In this document: positions 11,103 to 21,500 of the stretch, in pieces
How positions within the stretch are numbered: position 1 is the first letter of the stretch
How the letters are laid out: the number at the start of each line of letters is the position of its first letter
Source of the DNA: Macrostomum lignano
Lineage: Eukaryota
Assembly (NCBI GenBank): GCA_002269645.1
Contig: NIVC01000875.1
Location: 248,001 to 312,000, forward strand
Reading direction: 5' to 3'
Length of the DNA stretch: 64,000 nt
Made by a program: the position numbers and the translations under genes
The notes under the pieces: model-generated
What the model was told of the DNA's origin: nothing
The model's database searches: none
The model's input: the letters and a program-made list of their open reading frames with translations, nothing else

Positions 11103-14100
11103 ATGTCTACTGAAAACAGTGGCCAGACACGCAACGTTGTTCAACTGCAACTGCCTCCACCTGAGCCATTTAACGTCAACCAAGAAGCACACGTACTGTC
11201 ATCACGGTGGGAAGATTGGTCGTCGCGCTTTCTGTGCTTCATCCACGCCTCCGGAGTCAAGGATCCGGCCCAGCAGAGACAAGTCCTGCTCTACACAGGC
11301 GGGAGGGAGCTGGCTGAGCTATACAAACAGCTGACCAACAGCGGAAACACCGTCGAAGAACTCATCAAGGCTTTCAAGGACCACTTCACAGGCCGCAGGT
11401 GCGTGGTGTTCTCAAGATACGAGTTCCGAAACTGCACGCAGCAACCAGGCCAGAGCATCGACGCATGGGTCAATCAGCTATACAAGGCCGTGGAAAGCTG
11501 CGACTTCGACAATTTGCGCGACTACCTCATCCGCGACCAGATTGTCGCCGGATGCAACACCGAGCAACTCAGAGGACGGCTACTGCAGACCGCCAACATC
11601 AACTTGCAGGATGCACTGCAGCTGTGCCGAGCCTTCGAAGCCGCTAGCTACCAGTCAGCGGCCATGGAGTCACGCCGCGACGAGACAGTCAACTCAATGA
11701 GGCGCACCAGAGGTGAGCAACAGAACGGACCATCGTACAAGCCTGGCAGCAAGTCCAAGTGCTACCGATGCGGAAAAACCGGGCACCGTAGCTGCGACGC
11801 GGCCAAAGGCAAAACATGCAACATCTGTAAAAAGGTGGGCCACCTGGCGAAGGCCTGTATGTCTAAGGGCAACTCCAGAGACCGCGTGCACACCATTGGC
11901 GGTCAGCATCAACACCCGGAAGAATCCAGCAAGTCACCAAGCGACGAAGGGGAGGTCTTCTGCCTGACTGCGAACAAGCTGCCGCTGATGAGCATCTCTA
12001 TCAACGGTAAGCGGGTCGAGGCGCTCATCGATAGTGGCGCCAGCTGCAATGTCATCGACCAGGCGACTTTTCAAGATCTCAAAACAGCCAAAACGCCACT
12101 GCTTCGATCAGTACGGCAGCTGTACCCGTTCGGCTCGAAGACACCACTGGCGACCGCCGGCAGAGCTGAGCTCCTTGTCAAAATCAGCGGTCTCGAGGAA
12201 GTAGTGGACTTCACAGTAGTGCAAGACCCGGGCGTCACCATTCTCGAAAGGGCAACGGGCGAGAAGTTCAGAGTACTACGAGTGGGTCCGGCGCCGGAAA
12301 CTCGCATCAACAGCATCGGGAGTGCCGACAAGGCAAAGGCAATGGAGTCCTCGAGTCCGGAGGCCAACTCAGCTAACCTTCCAGCAAACCTCCAGCTTGA
12401 TAACATTCTCAAAAAGCACCGGGAGCTCTTCCAAGGAGTTGGCTGCGTCAAGGACGTCGAAGTGAGCATCCGACTCAAGGACAACGCTATCCCAGTGTGC
12501 CACCCGCCTAGCCGAGTGCCAATCCACCTACGAGACGCAGCCATCAAAGAGCTCGACGCCCAGCTCAGCGAAGGCATCATCGAGCGAGTATCTGAGCCTT
12601 CCGAATGGGTCGCTAGAATGGTAGTGGTACCAAAAAGCACTCCGAACCAGGTGCGAATCACCCAAGACCTTCGAGACCTCAATCAATACGTAGTGCCGGA
12701 GAAGCAGCCGATTCCGACCTTTGAAGAGGTCACAGACGAAATGGACGGTTCACACTTCTTCTCGGAGCTAGACATCAATAAAGCCTTTCACCAAATCAAG
12801 GTCGAACAGGAGTCACGCAAGTTTCTGACCTTCTCGACACCACTGGGCTTAATGAGGCTCACGCGCCTCTGTATGGGTTTCACGTCGGCTTCAGAAATTC
12901 TACAGCGTGTGATGTCTACAGTACTCAGCGGCCTGCCAGGAGTGAGATGGGTGCACGACGACATCATTGTGTATGCCCGGGACATCCAGGAGCACAACAG
13001 TCGCCTAGCCAGCTGCCTTCAGCGTCTTCAGGGACACGGCCTGACTCTCAACCCGTCCAAGTGCAAATTTGCGGTGCCGGAGGTCAACTTCCTGGCCATG
13101 CGACTGTCAGCAAAAGGGATCCAGCCAGCTGAAGCCAAGGTGTCGGCGATCAAAAGCTTCAAAGAGCCAACGAGCGCCTCGGAAGTCCGCTCCTTCCTCG
13201 GTCTGGTTACGTTTGTCAGTCGCTTCATGCCAGGCCTGGCGGACATGACGAAGCCGTTGCGGGACCTGACCAAGAAGAGTGCAAGCTGGCAGTGGGGCGA
13301 GCAGCAGGCCAAGGCTTTTCAAGAAGTCCGAGATCGCATCGCAGTCGACAGCACACTGGTCTTCTTCGACAAGCACCGGCACACCGAACTCGTTGTCGAC
13401 GCCAGCCCCATCGGACTCGGCGCCATTCTTTGCCAGATTCAGTCCGACGGCTCATCCAAGCCGGTTGCATTCGCAAGCAGAGCCCTATCGGCAGTCGAGT
13501 CGAGGTACTCACAGACGGAACGGGAGGCTCTCGCAATCAAGTTCGGCTGCCTGAAATTTCGACACTATCTCAGCGGCGCCGCCAACTTTACTGTCGTCAC
13601 CGACCACAAGCCGCTGACCTTCATGCTCAAGCCCGGCTCGCGCCCACCTCCACGCATCGAGCGCATGGCGCTCAGCATCCAGGACATGCAGTTCAGCGTC
13701 ATCTATCGGCCAGGCCCGTTCAACCCGAGCGACATCCTCAGCCGGCAGCCAGAGCCCGCTCCGACATCGATCAACATCGGCGAGATCCTGGACACAAACT
13801 TCATCGGCAGCATCGCGCAAGCGGCGACGCCGAGAGGCCTGTCCCTGCAGCAAGTCCGGGAAGCCACGGCCCGTGATGCCATTCTATCGACTGTGCTGTC
13901 ATCATTGAGAACAGGCAATTGGGATCTGCGGGACGACAGCATCCGACGACTGCACGCCGCCAGGCACGAGTTGACCGAGGCTTCTGGTGTTCTGCTGCGA
14001 GACCAAAGATTGGTAATCCCAAAAGCCCAGCGGCCCGTTGTCCTGCAGCTGGCTCATCAAGGACATCAAGGCGAGACCAAAGCACTACGCCGACGCGACA

Positions 14101-14138
14101 AGATCAGCCGCAGAGCATCGCATCCAAGCTGGCGATAA
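11103..14138 (+). CDS. Gag-Pol polyprotein (Zn knuckles, protease, RT, RNase H); integrase core deleted
   Basis: Two Cys/His knuckles (CYRCGKTGH; CNICKKVGHLAKAC), protease LIDSGAS, RT VHDDII, RNase H VDASPIGLG/YSQTEREAL/TDHKPL, and integrase start AHQGHQG followed by loss of similarity. Confidence 0.9.
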   Translation: MSTENSGQTRNVVQLQLPPPEPFNVNQEAHVLSSRWEDWSSRFLCFIHASGVKDPAQQRQVLLYTGGRELAELYKQLTNSGNTVEELIKAFKDHFTGRRCVVFSRYEFRNCTQQPGQSIDAWVNQLYKAVESCDFDNLRDYLIRDQIVAGCNTEQLRGRLLQTANINLQDALQLCRAFEAASYQSAAMESRRDETVNSMRRTRGEQQNGPSYKPGSKSKCYRCGKTGHRSCDAAKGKTCNICKKVGHLAKACMSKGNSRDRVHTIGGQHQHPEESSKSPSDEGEVFCLTANKLPLMSISINGKRVEALIDSGASCNVIDQATFQDLKTAKTPLLRSVRQLYPFGSKTPLATAGRAELLVKISGLEEVVDFTVVQDPGVTILERATGEKFRVLRVGPAPETRINSIGSADKAKAMESSSPEANSANLPANLQLDNILKKHRELFQGVGCVKDVEVSIRLKDNAIPVCHPPSRVPIHLRDAAIKELDAQLSEGIIERVSEPSEWVARMVVVPKSTPNQVRITQDLRDLNQYVVPEKQPIPTFEEVTDEMDGSHFFSELDINKAFHQIKVEQESRKFLTFSTPLGLMRLTRLCMGFTSASEILQRVMSTVLSGLPGVRWVHDDIIVYARDIQEHNSRLASCLQRLQGHGLTLNPSKCKFAVPEVNFLAMRLSAKGIQPAEAKVSAIKSFKEPTSASEVRSFLGLVTFVSRFMPGLADMTKPLRDLTKKSASWQWGEQQAKAFQEVRDRIAVDSTLVFFDKHRHTELVVDASPIGLGAILCQIQSDGSSKPVAFASRALSAVESRYSQTEREALAIKFGCLKFRHYLSGAANFTVVTDHKPLTFMLKPGSRPPPRIERMALSIQDMQFSVIYRPGPFNPSDILSRQPEPAPTSINIGEILDTNFIGSIAQAATPRGLSLQQVREATARDAILSTVLSSLRTGNWDLRDDSIRRLHAARHELTEASGVLLRDQRLVIPKAQRPVVLQLAHQGHQGETKALRRRDKISRRASHPSWR

Positions 14139-14238
14139 AGTCCTCCGCAGAAAAATCCAGCCATCGAAAACGGACACGCCATTTGAAATTCAGCCTTGGA
14201 CAGTCACGGAGGTCAAAGGCGATTCTGTCATCCTGGAG
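14082..14238 (+). pseudogene. Gypsy integrase C-terminal domain, left part (continues at 30160)
   Basis: KHYADA...IQAGDKVLRRKIQPSKTDTPFEIQPWTVTEVKGDSVILES is typical of the Gypsy integrase C-terminus and is in a different frame from pol. Confidence 0.75.
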
Positions 14239-15135
14239 AGTAGAAGGCATGAGGGGGGGCTTTTGGGACAAAATTTTTCACATCCTCCATAATCCCATTA
14301 AATCCATCCATATTATCCCCGACAGAATCAGAAAAAAGGGGGGTCGCACTCGCTCACAAAACGTCCTCCATAATCCCATTAAATCCATCCATATTATCCC
14401 TGACAGAATCATGAAAAAGGGGAGGGGCCGCACTTGCTCCGAAAACTTCGAACATAATCCCATTAAATCCATCCATATTATCCCTGACAGAATCAGAGCA
14501 GGTGTCAACTGATACCTGTTATGCTCACTGTGGACACCTGTTATGCTCACTGACACTGACATCATCCACCGACATCCACCCATAACATTTCTAAAACAAT
14601 CAGAAAATAATCTGCATTCTTCTTCCCACATTCAATCCGCAACGTGCTACCAGATCCCTAAGACTTTAAATCATCAGCGCAGGGTCCTCACCCTTTAAAA
14701 AAATTAAATTCTCAATAAAAATGTTTCCAGTTGTCTCTCCAGGTTCTTATTAAAAAACGCACGAGCCTAATTACAAGAGTAAGTACCGATGCAAACTTGA
14801 ATGCAGCGAATACATGAGAAAATATTGGCCCAACGTTGATATCAATGTCCCTAATATTAATCTAGCTCTCCAAAGACATTGGTTTCATAAGTATGGAGTA
14901 ACCTATGTAAAAGATTATGAGAGCTACTATAACTTTGCAGAAATCATTAGGCAATTGTGATTTCTTACATTCTCTCAATGATTAACGTCAATACAAACTC
15001 TTCACCGTTGAAATCAACACCCATCCCATCTTCAGTCTCAAACTGTAGCACAATCTCGTGAATCTCCTTATTACTCAATACAACTCTTTTCACTGGATTT
15101 GGTTTCTCTACCACCATCTGTCCTCCAGCAACAGA
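14239..15135 (+). repeat. Left terminal inverted repeat (about 0.9 kb)
   Basis: Reverse complement of 29258-30153, with a handful of substitutions and small indels seen by eye. Confidence 0.95.
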
Positions 15136-16451
15136 AGAAATCGAAAAGCAAACACAAAAGCTTACTAAAAACATACTGAGTTCATTTATTCACAAGTATA
15201 TTTACATAAAACAAAGGAAAGGAAAGGAGGAAAGAGCAGATCTGAAGGCTGCGTACGGCTGTTCAGTCCAAGGACTGGGGGAGTCGCCACACACCCCCAA
15301 TTACCCCAGCTAATGCTGGTCCGCGACGTGCAAGCTTAGTTGCAAGGCTTGAAATGAATAAGGTAGAGAAAGAACAATATATTGTAGATCCTCACACAAT
15401 CCAAAATCGATATTCTTCGGATCCAGAATAATATTGATTTTCCTCCCAGTCATTTTGTGAACAGCACTTTCCTGTATTGTCAGGAATTGGCACGAGTTTA
15501 AAAAAAATCCTGGAGATCCAGGAAAGTGTTTAGAAGACTACTATGAGTAGCTTACATTGATAAAATCCTGGAAAAAATCCAGTAAAAGACTTTCCTGTAT
15601 TGTCAGGAATTCCTGTATTGTCAGGAATTGGCACGAGTTTAAAAAATCCAGAAAAAAATCCTGGAGATCCAGGAAAGTGTTTCGAAGACTACTATGAGTA
15701 GCTTACATTGATAAAATCCTGGAAAAAATGGTTGATAACTAAAAAGTGAATCTTCATCAGCAACAAATGATCGGCGAAGTTCGTCAAACACCATTTCGGT
15801 TCTCATGGCATAGTTGCGAACCTGGGTCTCCTCGGCCGCTCTGGAACGAATTCGCTGGTTCTCAACTTTTTCATTGAATAAATTGTGGAGAACTTCTTGA
15901 ATTCTCTCTGATGCCAGTTCGTTGGCATCTAATCCTTCAACAAGGCGACCATGGAGATTTTCTAGGTCGGTCCAGTAGAACGTAATTTTTTGTGAACTAA
16001 AAACAAAGATTTAATCAAAATAAGAGATGTTTCAATTCTTACCACAGGATTATCAGGAAGTAAAAAAATGAATAAACTTACAACATAATGAAATCAGCAG
16101 CCACAACAGTGCAGTATCGTGCGTGACGAAGAATGTGTGCCGGCGAAATAAGCTGAATTTTCTTGCTTGCTTTAACTAGCTTCCGAGCGATCGATTCCCT
16201 CCACCCGCTTGAAGTCCCCATATGTCTAATCTCCTAAGCATTTCTTTGGTTGATTGGGGTTGCCAAAGCGGAAAGGAAAGCATGCGTGGAACTTGTACAT
16301 TCGCAAAATCGATTAGAGGGCTACGCCCCCCCACCTCAGCAAATAGCAGTTACCCCACCCTTTTCAAAATGCAGCTGTCGCGTTTGGCCAGGGTTGAGAA
16401 TAATAGTTAAACCCTTCCCGACTCAAGCGCCCCTCTCTACCCCCAGCTCTT

Positions 16452-16922
16452 TCAGCAGTCTTCCCAATTCATTGTTAGGAGCGCACAAAAAAACTCTGCT
16501 CCTGAGCCTCCGCCCTCTCTCCTCGTGCACCAGCCCTCTCTCCCTGTGCACCCGCCCTCGCCTTCAACCCCCAACCCCAACTTTGTTTTACCAAAAATAA
16601 CAGCTTTAACTAGCTTCCGAGCAATCGACTCACGAAATCCGCTTGAAGCCCCTATATTGTCTAGTCTCTTAAGCATTTCTTTGTCCCAACGATTCTTCTC
16701 CTCAGGAAAATCTCTATATTTAACGTCGTGCCACATGCACACAGAGTCTAGCTCGTTCACAGGCTCATGCCCAGGATTTGGATTATCGTTTGTATCTAAC
16801 TGAATTTCAAGTGGATTCAAAGGCCCGCAATATTTGTATCCGGGAATTGTCCAGCCTTTGTTTGGATGAGGAAGCTTTTGTATCAGTCCATGTGAATCTA
16901 ACTTACCACCAGAGCGTTGCAT
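16452..16922 (-). CDS. Parvovirus-type phospholipase A2 (adintovirus PLA2X-like)
   Basis: PGYKYCGP Ca-loop-like motif, P-x-N-x-LD-x2-C-x2-HD-x2-Y catalytic motif, and C-terminal KLGLG. ATG at 16922. Confidence 0.8.
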   Translation of the reverse strand: MQRSGGKLDSHGLIQKLPHPNKGWTIPGYKYCGPLNPLEIQLDTNDNPNPGHEPVNELDSVCMWHDVKYRDFPEEKNRWDKEMLKRLDNIGASSGFRESIARKLVKAVIFGKTKLGLGVEGEGGCTGREGWCTRREGGGSGAEFFCALLTMNWEDC

Positions 16923-16951
16923 TATTTTATTTTAAATTTTTTTTAAAAAAA

Positions 16952-17947
16952 ATGACAGATCAGAAACTTAAAAAACTCTACTACAGCGACAAAGGATTCT
17001 TTGTAGGAAAAAATGCAGTCACCAAACTCACAGAACTAAGTAAGGAACCAAAAGCTAAAGTAGAAAAGTGGCTCTCTAAGCAAGCAGTCTACCAAGTCTA
17101 TTTCCCACCAGTAAAATTTGAAAGGCCCCATTTCAGTATTAATAAACCTAATGAGGCGCACCAAGCAGATCTTCTGTTTCTCCCCAATGACTCAGGCTAC
17201 AAGTATGCTCTCACAATTATAGACGTTGCTTCCAGATATAAGGAAGCTCGCCCACTCAAGACGAAGAAGTCAGAAGCAGTTGCAACCGCACTCCAGGATA
17301 TTTATAAAAACTCTCCGCTCACATACCCCCAAATCTTTATGACCGACCCTGGTAAAGAATTCATGGGTGCAGTGAAATCACTTCTACATAAGTATGACGC
17401 AAAAATTCGCTATGGCAGAACTGAGCTCCACAGAGACCAGGCTTTTGTGGAAAGATTCAATCTAACTCTAGCCAAGAGGCTATTCACTAAGCAGACAGCT
17501 GAAGAGCTGAAACTAAAAAGTGGTCAGTACTATACCAAGTGGACAGACCGGCTCCCCACTGTTATAGAGCAACTGAACAATGAAGTCACGCGCATGACTG
17601 GATTGAAACCATCCCATGCAATTAAACAAGACACTGTCGAACTTAAGTCATCTCATAGAACAGACACCTCGAACTACCCTAAGCTTCCAAGAGTTGAATC
17701 ACCATACATACTGACAAACTCTGAGTTTCTACGCTTTTTATATCTACCTGGAGAGCTAGAGAAAGACACTAAAAGAAGAGCTACAGATCCATACTTCAGC
17801 CTTGATGTACATAAAATAGACAGACATTTTACCTCCGACTCCGGTGACTATTACTTTTTATCTCAAGCCTTTAACCCTAAATCCCCCACGCGGTCATTCA
17901 CTAGAGCTGAACTCCTCGTGATACCAGCTGACACGGAAATTAATTAA
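16952..17947 (+). CDS. Retroviral-like (rve, DDE) integrase of the Polinton, intact
   Basis: HQADLLFL, IDVASRYK, TDPGKEF and FVERFN motifs. ATG at 16952 after an A-run; the ORF track starts too far upstream. Confidence 0.9.
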   Translation: MTDQKLKKLYYSDKGFFVGKNAVTKLTELSKEPKAKVEKWLSKQAVYQVYFPPVKFERPHFSINKPNEAHQADLLFLPNDSGYKYALTIIDVASRYKEARPLKTKKSEAVATALQDIYKNSPLTYPQIFMTDPGKEFMGAVKSLLHKYDAKIRYGRTELHRDQAFVERFNLTLAKRLFTKQTAEELKLKSGQYYTKWTDRLPTVIEQLNNEVTRMTGLKPSHAIKQDTVELKSSHRTDTSNYPKLPRVESPYILTNSEFLRFLYLPGELEKDTKRRATDPYFSLDVHKIDRHFTSDSGDYYFLSQAFNPKSPTRSFTRAELLVIPADTEIN

Positions 17948-17963
17948 AATATTGAAATAAAAA

Positions 17964-18419
17964 ATGACAAAGATTGAAACCAGAACCATCAATATATTCA
18001 ATAAAATCATTGAATCAAAGAAACCAGGTCTTATATCAATTAAAGGTATCAAAGTAAAAATCGATCCCAGGCAGCAAATAGTTCAATGTAATGAACAAAG
18101 ACACATCATCACAGATGAAAAGTCAGGAGGAATCCTACCATTAGCAGCTCTTATCCCAATCATTGCAGGCGCTGTAAGTGCCGCAGGTGGTGTAGCTGGA
18201 GGTGTAGCAACTGCTGTTAAAGCTGGGAATGATAGAGCCCACCAGCTTGAACTGCAAAAGATTGCAAGAGACAAAGGTATAACAATTAAGGCAGGAGATG
18301 GTTGCCCTGATTTTGATGATTGTGATGATTGTGAGCATGAAAATTCTGTAAGCAAGTCTGACATTGTCAAAGCCATCATGACACTGCACAATGCTGGGTT
18401 TACAATAATGAGGATGTGA
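17964..18419 (+). CDS. Small virion protein with an adenovirus protein X-like hydrophobic peptide
   Basis: KSGG^ILPLAALIPIIAGAVSAAGGVAGGVATAV resembles the adenovirus pX C-terminus (GGILPLLIPLIAAAIGA), recalled from memory. Confidence 0.6.
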   Translation: MTKIETRTINIFNKIIESKKPGLISIKGIKVKIDPRQQIVQCNEQRHIITDEKSGGILPLAALIPIIAGAVSAAGGVAGGVATAVKAGNDRAHQLELQKIARDKGITIKAGDGCPDFDDCDDCEHENSVSKSDIVKAIMTLHNAGFTIMRM

Positions 18420-18541
18420 TGAGGTTTAAAACCCCACTTTATCCAGCTTCATAAACCAACGCTACTTATAGGATGTAGAAGCAGTTCAACTTTTCTATCA
18501 GGGTGGTCACCCTAAAATTTTTTTAATATTTTAGAGAAAAA

Positions 18542-21500
18542 ATGCCAAAAGCCAATCCAGCAAAAGATTCGGTCAAAAAATATTTTTCAAAGGGCGTCTC
18601 ATTTCAAGACAAAAGTAATTTACTAAGAGAAGCATGTAAACAAAAGTTTAACACCGACCCTGGTCACCTGGGAAGCTATGAAAAACAGTTGGAAATCATC
18701 AATCAATTAGAATCCAACCAGTATGCGCCTATAAAAAATCCTGCAAAGGAACACCAAGAGAGGAGTCGCAACTTAGTTAACAAATACGAAACTCTCACTG
18801 GTGAAAAAGCAAAGTACCCACAAAATAAGCAGGAACAAGAGAAATTAGAGCAATTAATCCATTTAAAAGAGTCGGAGCTTGCCACTGAAGAGATTAATTT
18901 TGCACAGAGGAAGTTTACAGAACATTACATAGAGTACACAATCCCAATTAGGGATACCACCGCAAACATTTACGACTATAAAGACAGCATCCAATCAGTT
19001 GTTGATCACACACTCAAAACACGCAAGACCTTTAAACTACAGATATCATTCAATATTGCGTTTTATATGCCTGCAAAACCCACAGAGCATCTCGAGTATT
19101 ACATGAAAACAAAGGCAAAGCCATTCACCCCAACAGACACACTGGATCCTTTCCTTCAAGATGTCACTAAGAAAATTGAAGCGTTTACATCCAGAGGTTC
19201 CGGATGGGTCGTGGGACGGATTCAAAGAGCGACTGTCATGGTCATGAAATATGACCCACTTAAAGCCTCCTCTTATATAGAGCTCCCACACAAGCTAGCC
19301 AGCAAAAAAGCTTGCATAAATGTTAAAAATAAAGACAATTGCTGTGCTCTATGGGCAGTACTTTCTGCACTTCTTCATGATAGTGTCCCTCACCACCCCG
19401 AAAGAACCTCAAATTATCAAAATTATTTCAACTACTATCTCATCAAATGCGAAAAGAAGGGAATCAGGTTTGACAAAGGAGGCTTGGCGATCTCTCAGAT
19501 CCCAAAGCTAGAAGAAGTGTTTAATAATAAAATTAGAATCACAGTCTTTGAGTGGAGTGAGAAAACTGAGAAAGTTCAACCGGTCAGATGTAGCAAAGAC
19601 GTTTTAGATCCTGAAGGGAAAAGGTGGACTGAAGTGAATCTTCTAGTGATTGGTAATTTACTAGAGGAGGCTCACTATGTTTGGATTAAAGATCTTTCAA
19701 GACTCATTCACAAGCAATTGAATAATCATCACGATGCTGTTGCCATCTGCCGCTTGTGCCTTAAGCATTACAGTGGACCTGAACGCTTTGAAAAACTAAC
19801 AGAGCATGAATTATCATGCGAGGATCACCCAACAAACTGCTCTCTTCCTTCAGCTGAAGAGAAGTATCTCCGGTTTAAGAACTATCACAAGATGGAGAAG
19901 CTCCCATTTGTTGTATATGCTGATTTCGAATGCTCAATCATGCCAGAAACTCAAAAACAAACTCAAAAACCAACTCAAACTCAAAAACAAACTCAAACTC
20001 AAAAACATGTCCCCAATTCAGTAGCATATGCCTTTATTAATACAAAAGGACTTGTTGAGTATAATTATTTCTTTGGAGAGCAGTGTGTGGAGCAGTTTAT
20101 TGCCAGAATGTTAGAGTTGCAAAAAGTGATTAGCACCCTTCAACCTGTTCCAATAATGATGACTGAGGAGGATGAAAGCAATTTCCTATCAGCAACTCAT
20201 TGCCACATCTGCAGGAAACATTTAACTTGCACTAATATTAAAAACCCCACCGTTAGGGACCACTGCCACTTTACTGGGAAATTTAGAGGTGCAGCGCATA
20301 ACACCTGTAATCTAAAGCTAAAATCGAACATTCATGATCTAACGATATTTTGTCACAACGCAAAGAACTATGACATGCATTTAATAGTTGAAAAAATCGG
20401 CATGATTCCAGACATACACCTTGATTGCATCGCAGAGAACAAGGAGAAGTTTAAGTGTGTTGATATTAAACAGGATAATTCGGGTAAAGGTAAAATAAGA
20501 CTGAAGGATTCATATCAATTTCTAGCTGCCAGTCTAGACGAACTAAGCAAGAATCTAAAAGATGAACAATGTACATATACAAAGATGTTTGCAAGTAAAA
20601 TTAACAACACTGATGAATCATTTAAACTCCTGAGAACCAAAGGCTTCTACCCCTATGAAAATATTACTGGGTATCACGTATTTGAAGAAGGTTTACCACC
20701 ACAGGAGAAGTTCTTTTCAAAGCTAACAGACTCTGGAATCTCTGACAAAGACTATGAGCACGCGAAGCATGTCTATAATTACTTTAATTGTCAAAACTTC
20801 TTCCAGTATCACCTGCTTTACCTCTACACAGATGTGTTTCTGCTGGCCGATGTGTTTGAAACCTTCAGATACACCTGGTACACAGCATATGGCCTCGATC
20901 CAGCACATTATGTGTCTCTGCCTGCCACTAGCTGGGAATCTTTGCTTAAAATGAAATGGGATCAAGATCCAGATTGGTACATTGAACTTCTTACAGACAT
21001 TGACATGTACAATTTTGTCGAATCGTCAAAGCGAGGGGGATCTCAATTTGCGTTAACAGGTATGCAAAAGCAAACAATCCCTACATTGAATCTTACAATA
21101 AGGAGCAGCCCTCAAACTACATTACTTACTTGGACGCTAATAATCTCTACGGGTGGGCGATGAGTCAAGATCTTCCAGTTAGAGATTTTCGATGGCTACC
21201 CTCATCAGAATTAAATGGGACTTTTCATTGGCTGCCATTTATGAGGTTGATGTTTACATTCCACCAGAGCTTCACGACTATTTCTCTGACTTTCCACCCT
21301 TCCCAGAGAACATCAAGTGCCCGAAAATAATCGAAACTCCCAATGGAACTTGGCACCTGTCAGGAACAGAAAAAGAACATACAGAGAAACTAACACAGAA
21401 TCTAAACAACAAGACACGTTACAAAATCCATTACAAACTGCTTCAGTATTTTATCTCACTTGGTTGCAGGGTCACCAAAGTTCACAGGGCTCTTACATTT

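Noticed and set aside
14288-14495. CRISPR-like repeat-spacer array
   Set aside because: Only three repeats, spacers resemble each other, the array is mirrored in a Polinton TIR, the context is eukaryotic and no cas genes are present. Better explained as iterons.
16778-16951. N-terminal extension of the integrase given by the ORF track
   Set aside because: It overlaps the PLA2 gene in antisense. The A-run ATG at 16952 matches the context of the other Polinton starts.
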